DNA from: an archaeon GW2011_AR15 | GTDB taxonomy: Archaea; Nanobdellota; Nanobdellia; Woesearchaeales; GW2011-AR15 | Direction: 5' to 3' | Assembly (NCBI GenBank): GCA_000830295.1 | Contig: CP010425.1 | Span: 960,001 to 1,024,000 of the forward strand | Length of the DNA: 64,000 nt | Part shown: one piece after another, positions 49,468 to 58,591 of the stretch | Numbering within the stretch: position 1 is the stretch's first letter | Layout of the letters: each line of letters opens with the position of its first letter | Translations under genes and position numbers: made by a program | The notes under the pieces: generated by a model | Databases searched by the model: none | Seen by the model: the letters and a program-made list of their open reading frames with translations, nothing else | What the model was told of the DNA's origin: nothing

Positions 49468-50430
49468 ATGGAACTAAAAGCTTTCCCTGACAAGGAAGAC
49501 ATAAAGCTGAAAAAAGCCTTTGAGGAGAGGTACAGGATGCTTCTCGGAGAGAGGTTTGAGGAGTATATGAAGTATTCGCTTTCTTTTCTTACAAGGTCAA
49601 TAAGGGTAAATACAGTCAAAGCTTCTGTTAAAGATGTGAGAAGAAGGCTGGAGGAAAAGGGATGGAAGCTTTATCAGATCCCTTTCTGCAAAGAAGGCTT
49701 CTGGGTTGAGCATGAAACAGGAAGGATTGATATCGGAAATACAAGAGAGCACGCGCTCGGCTATTATTATGTCCAGGAAGCGGCTTCTATGATACCCCCG
49801 ATTGTGCTGGGCCCAAAAAAGCATGAGCTGATACTTGACATGTGCGCTGCTCCGGGAAGCAAGACAACACAGATAGCGCAGTATATGGGGAATACAGGCC
49901 TTCTCATAGCGAATGACCTCACAGGAGACAGGATGAAGCCTCTCGGCATAAACATCCAGAGGATGGGGCTTACTAATGTAATTATCACGAAAATGTACGG
50001 CCAGTGGTTCAGCAGGAGAAAAATAGAGTTTGACGGGGTGCTTGTCGATGCTCCGTGCTCAGGCACAGGCACGATAAGGAAAAGCCTGAAGACGCTTACA
50101 ATATGGAATCCCGGGATGATTGAAAGGCTGGCAGCAACCCAGAGAAAGCTTATCTCAACAGGCTTTGAAAGCCTGAAGAAAGGCGGAGTTATGGTGTATT
50201 CGACATGCTCAACAGAACCATTAGAGAATGAGGCAGTTATTTCTTATTTGTTGGAAAGCCGCAAAGCCGCAAAAATTGAAGAGATTAAGATGGATTTAAA
50301 GAGGTCTGAGCCTGTCATGGAATTTGAAGGTCAGAAATTCAATCCTGAAGTCAAGAAATGTTTAAGATTGTGGCCGCAGGATAATAATACAGAGGGTTTT
50401 TTTGTGTGTAGAATAAGAAAAACCAGTTAA
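49468..50430 (+). CDS. RsmB/NOL1/NOP2 RNA m5C methyltransferase
   Basis: YYVQEAASM.P, DMCAAPGSKT, DAPCSGTG, YSTCS..P.ENE and EGFF motifs. Confidence 0.95.
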   Translation: MELKAFPDKEDIKLKKAFEERYRMLLGERFEEYMKYSLSFLTRSIRVNTVKASVKDVRRRLEEKGWKLYQIPFCKEGFWVEHETGRIDIGNTREHALGYYYVQEAASMIPPIVLGPKKHELILDMCAAPGSKTTQIAQYMGNTGLLIANDLTGDRMKPLGINIQRMGLTNVIITKMYGQWFSRRKIEFDGVLVDAPCSGTGTIRKSLKTLTIWNPGMIERLAATQRKLISTGFESLKKGGVMVYSTCSTEPLENEAVISYLLESRKAAKIEEIKMDLKRSEPVMEFEGQKFNPEVKKCLRLWPQDNNTEGFFVCRIRKTS

Positions 50431-50461
50431 GCTTATAAATAAATTCTATCTCGCTGAAAAA

Positions 50462-51628
50462 ATGGGACTTAGCAGAAGAGAGTTTTTAAATTTGAGTTTG
50501 CTGTGCTTAGCTACACCGGCTCTCCGTTCTATTGATTTAATGTTATCTATGCCTCTCTTAGGCGGTAGTCAAAACTCTACTTTGCTTTTAGATGATATAC
50601 TTTCTGGAAAAAACTACTCAGTTCCTGCATTTATTGATATGATCAAAGAAACTAGCGGTGGAGATTATAGAACCTTAAGCTTTGGCGAATCACATGGTGT
50701 TAATGAACAGAGAGGATTGGCACGCAGAATTTTGACAGCAATTAAAGAGGATATTGATCTTTTTATTGAGGAGAAGAACACATTCTTTACCTCTGATCAG
50801 ACCATTGACAAATGGAATCAAGGGTATGACAAAGAGATATTTGATCCATGGATACCTCTTCAATTCATAATGCGGGGCTTAAATAGAATAGAAGAAGGAT
50901 TATTAGTCACATATTCAGGAAATATGCATACGCATAGCAGTCTTCATGACAAATATTATTTTGGATCAGTCACTGATCATTATTTTAGTAAGACCCAAGA
51001 TTCACGTTACCGAACTATTGATGAATCTTTAGAATATATGGATTCTAAAGGAATTACCCTGCTAATGCTGGAGGAAGATAATATTTCTAAAGACTTGCAA
51101 AATAAATTTCTTGCAGCGAACTTTTCCAGAATAGAAGGTTTTAAGGATCATGTTCCAAAAGAGGGATATTGGAGAGAGATATGCGATTATTTTATGAGTG
51201 AGACAAGCCAAAAGCTGGAAGAGATAAATAATCATAGAATCTATGAGTTAGACCAAGAGTTATTCATTTATGTTTCTCCTCCCGAAGATGTTAAAAAAGG
51301 TCAACTTGAAATAATTGAGAATTTCATGACAGTATTTAGCCATCCCACATTAAGACAATACATACTGGAAAATAATTTAGGATATATGAAAGGAGACCAT
51401 TTTAAGGGGGGATATGGGACCACGCCTGGCAAAATAGCCGGCTTAATGAGCTTCCAGTTTCCTGACGAAAGACCAGAGAAGGAAAGAAGACATCTTGAGA
51501 TTATTCTTAAACATAATCCTTGGAAAGAAAGAGTGCCTGTTTTAGCAAAATTATTTGATCCACAGAAAGGAGAGTATGGAGAATATGAAGAGCTGAATTT
51601 GCTTTCTAGACATGGCCATTCTGATTAA
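50462..51628 (+). CDS. Twin-arginine-signal hypothetical protein, possible EreA/ChaN-like fold
   Basis: MGLSRREFL plus hydrophobic stretch; LSFGESH and LVTYSGNMH motifs. Confidence 0.6.
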   Translation: MGLSRREFLNLSLLCLATPALRSIDLMLSMPLLGGSQNSTLLLDDILSGKNYSVPAFIDMIKETSGGDYRTLSFGESHGVNEQRGLARRILTAIKEDIDLFIEEKNTFFTSDQTIDKWNQGYDKEIFDPWIPLQFIMRGLNRIEEGLLVTYSGNMHTHSSLHDKYYFGSVTDHYFSKTQDSRYRTIDESLEYMDSKGITLLMLEEDNISKDLQNKFLAANFSRIEGFKDHVPKEGYWREICDYFMSETSQKLEEINNHRIYELDQELFIYVSPPEDVKKGQLEIIENFMTVFSHPTLRQYILENNLGYMKGDHFKGGYGTTPGKIAGLMSFQFPDERPEKERRHLEIILKHNPWKERVPVLAKLFDPQKGEYGEYEELNLLSRHGHSD

Positions 51629-51666
51629 AACATAATTTTAAATATAAATTTTCTGTCCCTGAATCC

Positions 51667-51969
51667 ATGAGTGATTTATATAAGCTTGATATTGACCTTG
51701 AAGGAAGTGTTACATTATATAATTCTCCTGTTCAGGCAATGCCATTAGGACTTCCAATATTTGTGTTCTCTACAAACCCGACAGACGGAGAAAAAGACCC
51801 AATGAAAAGAGATCCTCTTGCTTTTAATGAAGAAGAAGCTATGGCCACAGATTATATAAAAGCTTTCAGGCCGCCGAGAGCAAATGCTTATGTCATTGGC
51901 AGCTCTGTACGCACTCCCAGAAACATAATCTACAAGGCCGTCCAGTTCTACAGAGTTGATAAGATATGA
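51667..51969 (+). CDS. Hypothetical protein
   Basis: 100-aa ORF with TATA upstream; stop overlaps the next start. Confidence 0.65.
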   Translation: MSDLYKLDIDLEGSVTLYNSPVQAMPLGLPIFVFSTNPTDGEKDPMKRDPLAFNEEEAMATDYIKAFRPPRANAYVIGSSVRTPRNIIYKAVQFYRVDKI

Positions 51970-52679
51970 TAAAAAGGCTTTCCACAGTTACGTTATCCCA
52001 GCAAATTCCGCAAAGGGGCACAGGGAAAAAAATTTCTAGGGATGAAGCAATTGTTTATGATTTTATGCCTGCTGTTCTTGGAAATAAATTCAGGACAAAT
52101 GAGATTCTTTCAAGGATGTTGTTAAGGCGAGCACCAGAAACTGCTCCATTTATGCTGCTGACTGATGCCTACGAGGAATTAGGCCTAAGATATGCGGGGG
52201 AGGGAAGCATAATCCCTGCCTTGGAATGCTACAGGATTGCCCTGCAAAGCAGAACTAGTTTTGCAAGAGCAATGGGGCTTATTCAGGGCAAAGCACTGCA
52301 TGATGAAAATGAAATAGACCACATGACACTTTCAGACAGCCTTGAGCAAAGACTTGTAGGATTAGTGGCAGAATCTGAGAAAGAGGTTGATTATGTTGCC
52401 TATAACTCATGGATTGAAGAACTGAGGGAAGCTCAGAAGAATTGGTGGAGATTAAACAGGACCCAGCATGGCTCTGAAAAATACATAGAAGCTTGCCTGA
52501 AGATTGGAGAATACCAGGAAGCCCTGGCAAGCGCAGAGGTTCTAAAAGACAGCAATCTGATTAGGAAAGTAAAAAAGGCGCAGCCACCGGAAATTCTTGA
52601 TTTAGATTTCCTGAAAAAATATATCAACGATAATTATCCTGACAGCACAATTGGCAGGGACTCGGTAGGGGTTATGTGA
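51966..52679 (+). CDS. Hypothetical helical (TPR-like) protein
   Basis: 237 aa; AYEELG...ALECYRIAL and ACLKIGEYQEAL helical-repeat patterns. Confidence 0.65.
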   Translation: MIKRLSTVTLSQQIPQRGTGKKISRDEAIVYDFMPAVLGNKFRTNEILSRMLLRRAPETAPFMLLTDAYEELGLRYAGEGSIIPALECYRIALQSRTSFARAMGLIQGKALHDENEIDHMTLSDSLEQRLVGLVAESEKEVDYVAYNSWIEELREAQKNWWRLNRTQHGSEKYIEACLKIGEYQEALASAEVLKDSNLIRKVKKAQPPEILDLDFLKKYINDNYPDSTIGRDSVGVM

Positions 52680-52772
52680 GCTCTTTCTCGCTTATGTTCG
52701 GAAAATAAAATTTGCAAAAATAGCAAATTTTATATACAATACTCTACTAGGGAATAGTCAGAAGGTGATAGC

Positions 52773-53186
52773 ATGCCGGAAGATGACATTCGCAGGTTGA
52801 GAAAAGATATTGATTCACTGAAAGATGATATGCAGACAAGGGATTCGCTTGCCCGCTCTGTTAATTCTTTGCTGAAGATATTCGAGGAAGCATCCAAAGA
52901 CCTCAAGATGGACACAAGGGATGCTGTCCTTATATCGGAAAAGATGGATAATATAATGAGGCGGCTGGAAAGGCTGGAAACCCATAATGAGAAGATTGCC
53001 AAGGGAATTGTGGCAATAGCGGACATGCTTGAGGAAAAGGGATTTGCCAAAGTGCAGAAGGGCGAATCAAAATCAATCCTGGCAAGCGCAACCCCTCCGC
53101 CAGCTATGGGCAGCACAAAGCAGCTGCCAACATATGATATCCCTAAAGATGAAAGGAAAAAGACATTTCTGAATTTCAAGAGTTAA
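52773..53186 (+). CDS. Hypothetical coiled-coil protein with Pro-rich tail
   Basis: 137 aa preceded by SD AAGGTGA. Confidence 0.75.
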   Translation: MPEDDIRRLRKDIDSLKDDMQTRDSLARSVNSLLKIFEEASKDLKMDTRDAVLISEKMDNIMRRLERLETHNEKIAKGIVAIADMLEEKGFAKVQKGESKSILASATPPPAMGSTKQLPTYDIPKDERKKTFLNFKS

Positions 53187-53187
53187 A

Positions 53188-53619
53188 ATGCCCGGTTTTG
53201 AACAGTATAACACGGAAAGAGTAAAGACTTTTCTAAAATACCTTGTGCACGCTGCGGCAAAACATAAGCCTGAGAGAGCAGTAATCAGGGAATTGAGAGA
53301 GCAGCGGGAAGAAAGGCTTGTTCCGGCAATAAGGAAGAGGCCTGAGAGGCTCCATATACCTGGCAGTGCAGAAAGGCTTTCTGTAATAACAGATGAGAGA
53401 AAAGAAGAGCTTGAAGTGAAGATAAAGATGCACCACACAAGAAACAGGTTTCTTCCATACGAGCTAAGGCTGAAAAAACTAAAGAAGAGGTATGCAACAA
53501 TAAAGAGAAGAAAAATCTCCACCAAGGCTGATAAGAGAAGGCTGGAAGTGCTGAATAACAGGATAGAAAGATGCGAGAGCCTGCTGAAAGAATTAAAAGC
53601 CAATGCCCACGAATATTAA
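53188..53619 (+). CDS. Hypothetical highly basic coiled-coil protein
   Basis: 143 aa, R/K-rich; 1 bp after the upstream gene. Confidence 0.7.
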   Translation: MPGFEQYNTERVKTFLKYLVHAAAKHKPERAVIRELREQREERLVPAIRKRPERLHIPGSAERLSVITDERKEELEVKIKMHHTRNRFLPYELRLKKLKKRYATIKRRKISTKADKRRLEVLNNRIERCESLLKELKANAHEY

Positions 53620-53624
53620 CTACC

Positions 53625-53710
53625 TCAGATATCTCTTGCCATAAGAGTCTCTGTTTTAAGAAAACAGAGGACAAAACAAGTGGGTTTCGCTTCGCTCAAG
53701 CCCACAGAAA
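53625..53710 (-). repeat. Synonymously diverged duplicate of the histone 3' end plus 62-bp hairpin cassette
   Basis: 53625-53648 reads ACT CTT ATG GCA AGA GAT ATC TGA (TLMARDI*), versus the gene end ACA CTA ATG GCA AGG GAT ATC TAA. The spacer has CTCTGTTTT-aag-AAAACAGAG and GTGGG-tTTCGCTTCGCTCaag-CCCAC hairpins. Confidence 0.85.
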
Positions 53711-53875
53711 TTAGATATCCCTTGCCATTAGTGTCCTTCTTCCGTTTGCAGTTGCCCTTTCAAGAGCCTTCTTTATGACGCTCTCGACTTTCACATTGAG
53801 TGCAGGGTAAAACTCTTCTGAGATATTAACGTCCCCTACAATCTGCTTTATCTGGGCTTTTGTTACCAGGTACAT
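53711..53875 (-). CDS. Short histone-fold protein (DUF1931-like; 54 aa; not in ORF track)
   Basis: MYLVTKAQIKQIVGDVNISEEFYPALNVKVESVIKKALERATANGRRTLMARDI, with the RA..NGRRT...D histone L2/a3 motif; SD GAGGTG upstream. Confidence 0.9.
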   Translation of the reverse strand: MYLVTKAQIKQIVGDVNISEEFYPALNVKVESVIKKALERATANGRRTLMARDI

Positions 53876-53884
53876 ATGACCACC

Positions 53885-55066
53885 TCACATTTCTATGAAC
53901 TTGGGTTCATTATTAATTCTTAATAATTTCCTAACCATCAGTATCCACAGCGGGCTTAGGAGCAGCGCCATGCATATAACTGAAATAATGAGCTTGTAGC
54001 CGGATTCCTCTATGAATCCTATGCTGTAGCCCGCAGTGCCGAGGAGGAAACTGAACTCTCCTATCTGTGCAAGCAGCGCGCCCGCATAAATGCTTTCCTT
54101 CCTGCTGTTGCCAAGCATCATAAGGATAACTGTATTGATAATATTGTTTGTAACAAAGACAGCCAGGGTTATGAGCCCGATGATGAGGAAGTTGCTGAAA
54201 AGGAAAGATAAATCAAATATGAGCCCAATGTAGATGAAAAAAACAGCGACAAACAGGGCCCTGAAAGGCTCAAGGTTTTTCACGACCCAATGAGTTACCC
54301 TGGACTCTGCAACCAGGATTCCTGCAAGAAAGGCTCCCAGGGCAGCAGAAAGCTGAAAAAACAGGGCTATTGAGGCAAGGCCAAAGCATAGGATAATTGC
54401 AGCAAAAATCTGGAGATCATAGTCTTTTTCCAGCTTTCCGACAAGAACATTCATGACTTTTTTTCTTCTGATAAACATGGCGACTATGAAAGTCAATACT
54501 ACCATAATTGTACCTATTATGCTTAGCTGGAAATTCCCAGTTTTTCCCTGTCCGGACATAAAGTTCAGCAGTATAAGCATCGGAACAATCAGCAGGTCCT
54601 GGATAAGCAGTATGCTCAGCACGTTCTGTCCGACTGCAGTAGAGAGCTCGTTCCAGCTTTCAAGCAGCTTCATGGCAACTGCCGTGCTGCTTATGCTTAT
54701 AACAAAGCCGACCAGGAGAATCCTCTGGAAGCTCCAGTCAAAAAAACTGCCCACAAAAAATACAGCCAGCACGCTTAGGATTATCTGGGAAATCGTCCCG
54801 AAAACAGCAACCTTCCAGCTGGAGATAATCTTTGAGATGGAGATCTCCATGCCAATAAAAAACAGAAGAAGGATTATGCCTATCTCTGCTGTAAGGTCAA
54901 CAAACGGAGTCTTCTCCAGCATAGAAAAGCCAAAGGGACCTATTATCATCCCGGCAATGATATAGCCTATTACATAAGGCTGCTTTATGTAATTCATGAG
55001 CAGGGTGATAACAAAGACAATAAGCGCGGCAAATACGCCAAAAAGTAGGAATTCTGATACTGCCAT
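53885..55066 (-). CDS. CPA2 cation:proton antiporter (Kef-like, no KTN domain)
   Basis: GYIIAGMIIGP, LLFFIGME, SSTA, LLIQD, LGAFLAG and LAQIGEFSF motifs. Confidence 0.92.
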   Translation of the reverse strand: MAVSEFLLFGVFAALIVFVITLLMNYIKQPYVIGYIIAGMIIGPFGFSMLEKTPFVDLTAEIGIILLLFFIGMEISISKIISSWKVAVFGTISQIILSVLAVFFVGSFFDWSFQRILLVGFVISISSTAVAMKLLESWNELSTAVGQNVLSILLIQDLLIVPMLILLNFMSGQGKTGNFQLSIIGTIMVVLTFIVAMFIRRKKVMNVLVGKLEKDYDLQIFAAIILCFGLASIALFFQLSAALGAFLAGILVAESRVTHWVVKNLEPFRALFVAVFFIYIGLIFDLSFLFSNFLIIGLITLAVFVTNNIINTVILMMLGNSRKESIYAGALLAQIGEFSFLLGTAGYSIGFIEESGYKLIISVICMALLLSPLWILMVRKLLRINNEPKFIEM

Positions 55067-56749
55067 TTACCTGTTAGTGAACCAGAACACTAATTTATTC
55101 TTTTCCTTTTTGTCCAGCCTGCAGAAACCGAACCTTGCAAACTGGACAATTTCCCCGGCCTTAAGATTTTTTACAGAAGGCTCTGCAAGGCCTTTTTTTA
55201 TTTCATTGTCAGGCATCCTTATTTCCACATTAGCCAGTTCTTCTTCTTTGGGAAGCCAGTGTATTATTGCCGAGCCGTTCTTCCTGTACTCTTCGACGCT
55301 CTTTGAATGGAACTTATACTTTTTTCCTGTAATCTCGAAATTCAGGCAGTCCATAAGCCTTATTAGTTTTCCCTCCCGGAATTTTTCATAATCCTCTTTT
55401 GCAACATAGAAACTTTCTCCAGCAGTGAATCTCCTGCTTCCCCTTTCAGGAAAATCAGGGTGCAGCTTCAGCTCAACCTGCTGCTCAGGAGCCCCTGAAA
55501 TTTTTATCTCAACAGGATTCTCAACAAAGAAATACCTGTTTACATCCTTATCGAGTATTGCCCTGTTTATTGAGGATATCATGCTCCAGTCAATATTTTT
55601 TGCAGTGTTGCTGGAAAGCCGCATCTGGTTCATAAGCTCAATATAAGTTTCGTTAACTATCCCCCTTCTTCTCAGGGCTTTTATTGTTACAAGAGAAGGG
55701 TCATCCCAGCCTGAAACTTTTCCCTCTTTTATCAGCTCCCTTATCTCCCTTCCTTTTGTCGTTGCGCCTTTTATGTTAAATCTGCCATACTGCACAACAA
55801 CCTGCTTTTTCAGGCCGAGCAGGTCCTTTATGTAATCCTGCAGCTCAATCCTCATGCTTCCGAATTCAGAGCTTCTCAGTATGTGTGTTATGCCATTTAC
55901 AGAATCTGATATGGAATTCTCAAAATCATAAAGCGGCCAGACACAGTATTTCTTTTTCTGCCTGTAATGCTCTGCCTTGTTTATCCTGAATATAACAGGG
56001 TCGCGCATGACATGGTTCTTTGATCCCATGTCTCCTGCAAGCCTTAATGTTGCCTCCCCCTCTTCATATTTTCCAGCAAGCATCTTTTTCCATTCTGCCA
56101 TATTTTCTTTTGCATCACTCTTGTCAAGGCAGCATCTTCTTCCCTCATCCCTGTTTTTCTTCATTTCATCCCTGCTGCAGTGGCAGACATAGGCTTTTTT
56201 TTTCATGATAAGCTTTTCAGCCATCTCATAGAACATGGGAAGCTCATCGCTTACATAAATGACTTTGTCGGGCTTTATGCCAAGATAATTGAGGTCATCA
56301 AGCGTTGAATCCACAAACTCCTGTGTCGACTTTTCAGGGTTGGTATCCTCAAAGCGCAGGATACATTTTCCGTCATATTTTTTAGCATAGGTATAGTTTA
56401 TGAGAAATGAAAGCGCATGCCCCAGATGAGTGTATTTGCTTGGTTCCGGTGGGATCCTTGTAACAACTTTTCCTTTTACAGCATCCGGAAGTTCAGGCAG
56501 GCCTTTCTTTTCCTCTTTCTCAGGCCTCTCCAGCTTTGGCAGCCTGCTCAGTGCTTTTTCCTGCTCCTCAGCAGACATAGAGTTTACTTCTTTGATTATT
56601 CCCTGGATCTTTTTAGAGAGGGATTTCATATCCTTCTTAAGCCCTGGTTCAAGAGCAAGTATGCTCCCGATGACTGCCCCGGGGTTTGCTTTGCCCTTAT
56701 ATTTCAGGGCGTTTTCAAGGGCCAGATATCTTATCTTATTATCAACCAT
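55067..56749 (-). CDS. gltX: Glutamyl-tRNA synthetase, archaeal type
   Basis: ALENALKYKGKANPGAV N-domain, HLGH, LRFEDTNP, GWDDP and QFARFGFCRLD motifs. Confidence 0.95.
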   Translation of the reverse strand: MVDNKIRYLALENALKYKGKANPGAVIGSILALEPGLKKDMKSLSKKIQGIIKEVNSMSAEEQEKALSRLPKLERPEKEEKKGLPELPDAVKGKVVTRIPPEPSKYTHLGHALSFLINYTYAKKYDGKCILRFEDTNPEKSTQEFVDSTLDDLNYLGIKPDKVIYVSDELPMFYEMAEKLIMKKKAYVCHCSRDEMKKNRDEGRRCCLDKSDAKENMAEWKKMLAGKYEEGEATLRLAGDMGSKNHVMRDPVIFRINKAEHYRQKKKYCVWPLYDFENSISDSVNGITHILRSSEFGSMRIELQDYIKDLLGLKKQVVVQYGRFNIKGATTKGREIRELIKEGKVSGWDDPSLVTIKALRRRGIVNETYIELMNQMRLSSNTAKNIDWSMISSINRAILDKDVNRYFFVENPVEIKISGAPEQQVELKLHPDFPERGSRRFTAGESFYVAKEDYEKFREGKLIRLMDCLNFEITGKKYKFHSKSVEEYRKNGSAIIHWLPKEEELANVEIRMPDNEIKKGLAEPSVKNLKAGEIVQFARFGFCRLDKKEKNKLVFWFTNR

Positions 56750-56800
56750 TTATTTATGGATAAGGAGCTAGTATTTTAAGGTTTTTAGGAAAAGCTGATA

Positions 56801-58522
56801 TTAGACAACCCTCTTGAACATCTTCTCGAGCTCGTAGAATGACCACGTTATCATTATAGGCCTTCCATGCGGGCAGGTGTAAGGAATGTTCTTCTTTACA
56901 AGCTCTCTGATATACTGCTTTATCTGAGGCAGAGTAATTTCGTCGCCGGCTTTTATTGCAGTCCTGCATGCCATCCTTGCAATCCTGTTGTGGAATATTG
57001 TTGCGAGCGATTCTATCTTGCCTAATTTTCCAAGCTCGTCGAGGAAATCCATGAATATTTTCTTGTCAAAATTTCTCCCGAGCAGGACAGGAATTGTCCT
57101 GATTATTATTGTGTTGTTCCCGAATTCCTCAGTCTTGTATCCCATGCCTTCCAGCAGCTCCTTTTTTTCAAGGCTGAGGCTGAACTGCTTTGGAGGAAGC
57201 TCAATTATGACCGGCTCGAGAAGCTTCTGTATGCTAACTTTTTTATTTTTCAGCTCTTCTGTAAATTTCTCATACAATATCCTTTCAGCAGCAGCGTGCT
57301 GGTCAATAAGAAGGAGATTGCCAGTAATCTCAGCCAGTATGTAGGTCTTGTTTATTATGCCAAGAACATTCAGCTCAGGAAGCAGTTCTGCTTCTGCTCT
57401 CTTATCTTCTTTTACAAGCAATTTCTGCTTTATATCTTCAACATGGTAGCCGCTGTTATTTTTTCCGCTGAAATCACTTAGCTTTTTTGAAGTGCTTTCC
57501 AGGACTTCAGGGATAAGATTGTTCTTCCTTATAGTTTCTCTAACAGCACTGAAAACAGCGTCATAGATGCCTTTTGTATCCTTTATCCTTATCTCCGATT
57601 TCTGCGGGTGGACATTGACGTCAGCCCTTTCAGGCTCAATCTCTACGTCGAGCACAACAACAGGGTGCCTGTTCACCATCACAAGAGTCTTGTATGCGTC
57701 TCTTATTGCTTCGCTTATCCCGCTGTTCTTTTTTATGTATCTCCTGTTGACATAGACAGACTGCTCGTTCCTTGTTGACCTTGTCAGGGACGGCTTTGAG
57801 ATATAGCCGGTAATCCTTATGTCATCGCCATGCTCAACCCTGAGCATCTGCTTTGCTGCGTCTTTCCCGTATATATGCGTGAAATTTGTCAGGCTGTCTT
57901 CAGTTGCAGGGCTGTCGAGAAGTATCTTTTCATGATGGCTCAGCCTGAAATGGACTTTGTGGTGTATAAGTGCATACCTTGTCACAATGTCAGCTATATG
58001 GGAAAGCTCCTGCTCAGTTGATTTCAGGTATTTTTTCCTGGCCGGAGTGTTGAAGAACAATTCCTTAACCTCAACTATTGTCCCCTCAGGGCATCCGTAT
58101 TCCTCGCTTATTATTTTCTTTCCTCCCTCAACAACGATTTTTGTCCCTGAAAGAGCTTTTTTTGGCTTTGTGATAATAGTGAGTTTTGAGACAGCAGCTA
58201 TGCTAGCCAGTGCTTCTCCCCTGAATCCGAGTGTTCTTACAGAAAACAGATCATCTATATTTTTTATCTTGCTGGTGGAGTGCCTCTGCCATGAAAGCTC
58301 AGCATCTTCTTTTGACATGCCATCACCGTCATCTATTACTTTTATGAAAGATTTTCCGCCTTCCTTTACTTCTACAAATATCTTTTCTGCATTTGCGTCT
58401 ATGGAGTTCTCTATTAATTCTTTTACAACAGAAGCAGGCCTCTCAATAACTTCTCCTGCAGCTATCTTGTTTATGAGAGCCTCGTCAAGTATGATTATGT
58501 TCTGAATATCTATCCCCCTCAT
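56801..58522 (-). CDS. mutL: DNA mismatch repair endonuclease MutL
   Basis: IAAGEVIERPASVVKELIENSIDA, GFRGEAL, DVNVHP, DQHAAAERILYE, ACR and CPHGRP motifs. Confidence 0.97.
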   Translation of the reverse strand: MRGIDIQNIIILDEALINKIAAGEVIERPASVVKELIENSIDANAEKIFVEVKEGGKSFIKVIDDGDGMSKEDAELSWQRHSTSKIKNIDDLFSVRTLGFRGEALASIAAVSKLTIITKPKKALSGTKIVVEGGKKIISEEYGCPEGTIVEVKELFFNTPARKKYLKSTEQELSHIADIVTRYALIHHKVHFRLSHHEKILLDSPATEDSLTNFTHIYGKDAAKQMLRVEHGDDIRITGYISKPSLTRSTRNEQSVYVNRRYIKKNSGISEAIRDAYKTLVMVNRHPVVVLDVEIEPERADVNVHPQKSEIRIKDTKGIYDAVFSAVRETIRKNNLIPEVLESTSKKLSDFSGKNNSGYHVEDIKQKLLVKEDKRAEAELLPELNVLGIINKTYILAEITGNLLLIDQHAAAERILYEKFTEELKNKKVSIQKLLEPVIIELPPKQFSLSLEKKELLEGMGYKTEEFGNNTIIIRTIPVLLGRNFDKKIFMDFLDELGKLGKIESLATIFHNRIARMACRTAIKAGDEITLPQIKQYIRELVKKNIPYTCPHGRPIMITWSFYELEKMFKRVV

Positions 58523-58591
58523 TGAAAAACAGGAGATTGATATAAAAAGATTTTGGTAAATCTTAAATATAAAGAAAATATTGGGAATGGC

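Noticed and set aside
53625-53734. Histone C-terminal extension by read-through, frameshift or splicing into the duplicated TLMARDI
   Set aside because: The copies are 86 nt apart (out of frame), no slippery site or clear BHB is visible, and the first copy already ends in a stop.
56801-58522. mutL without adjacent mutS as an anomaly
   Set aside because: mutS is often unlinked; this cannot be judged from one window.
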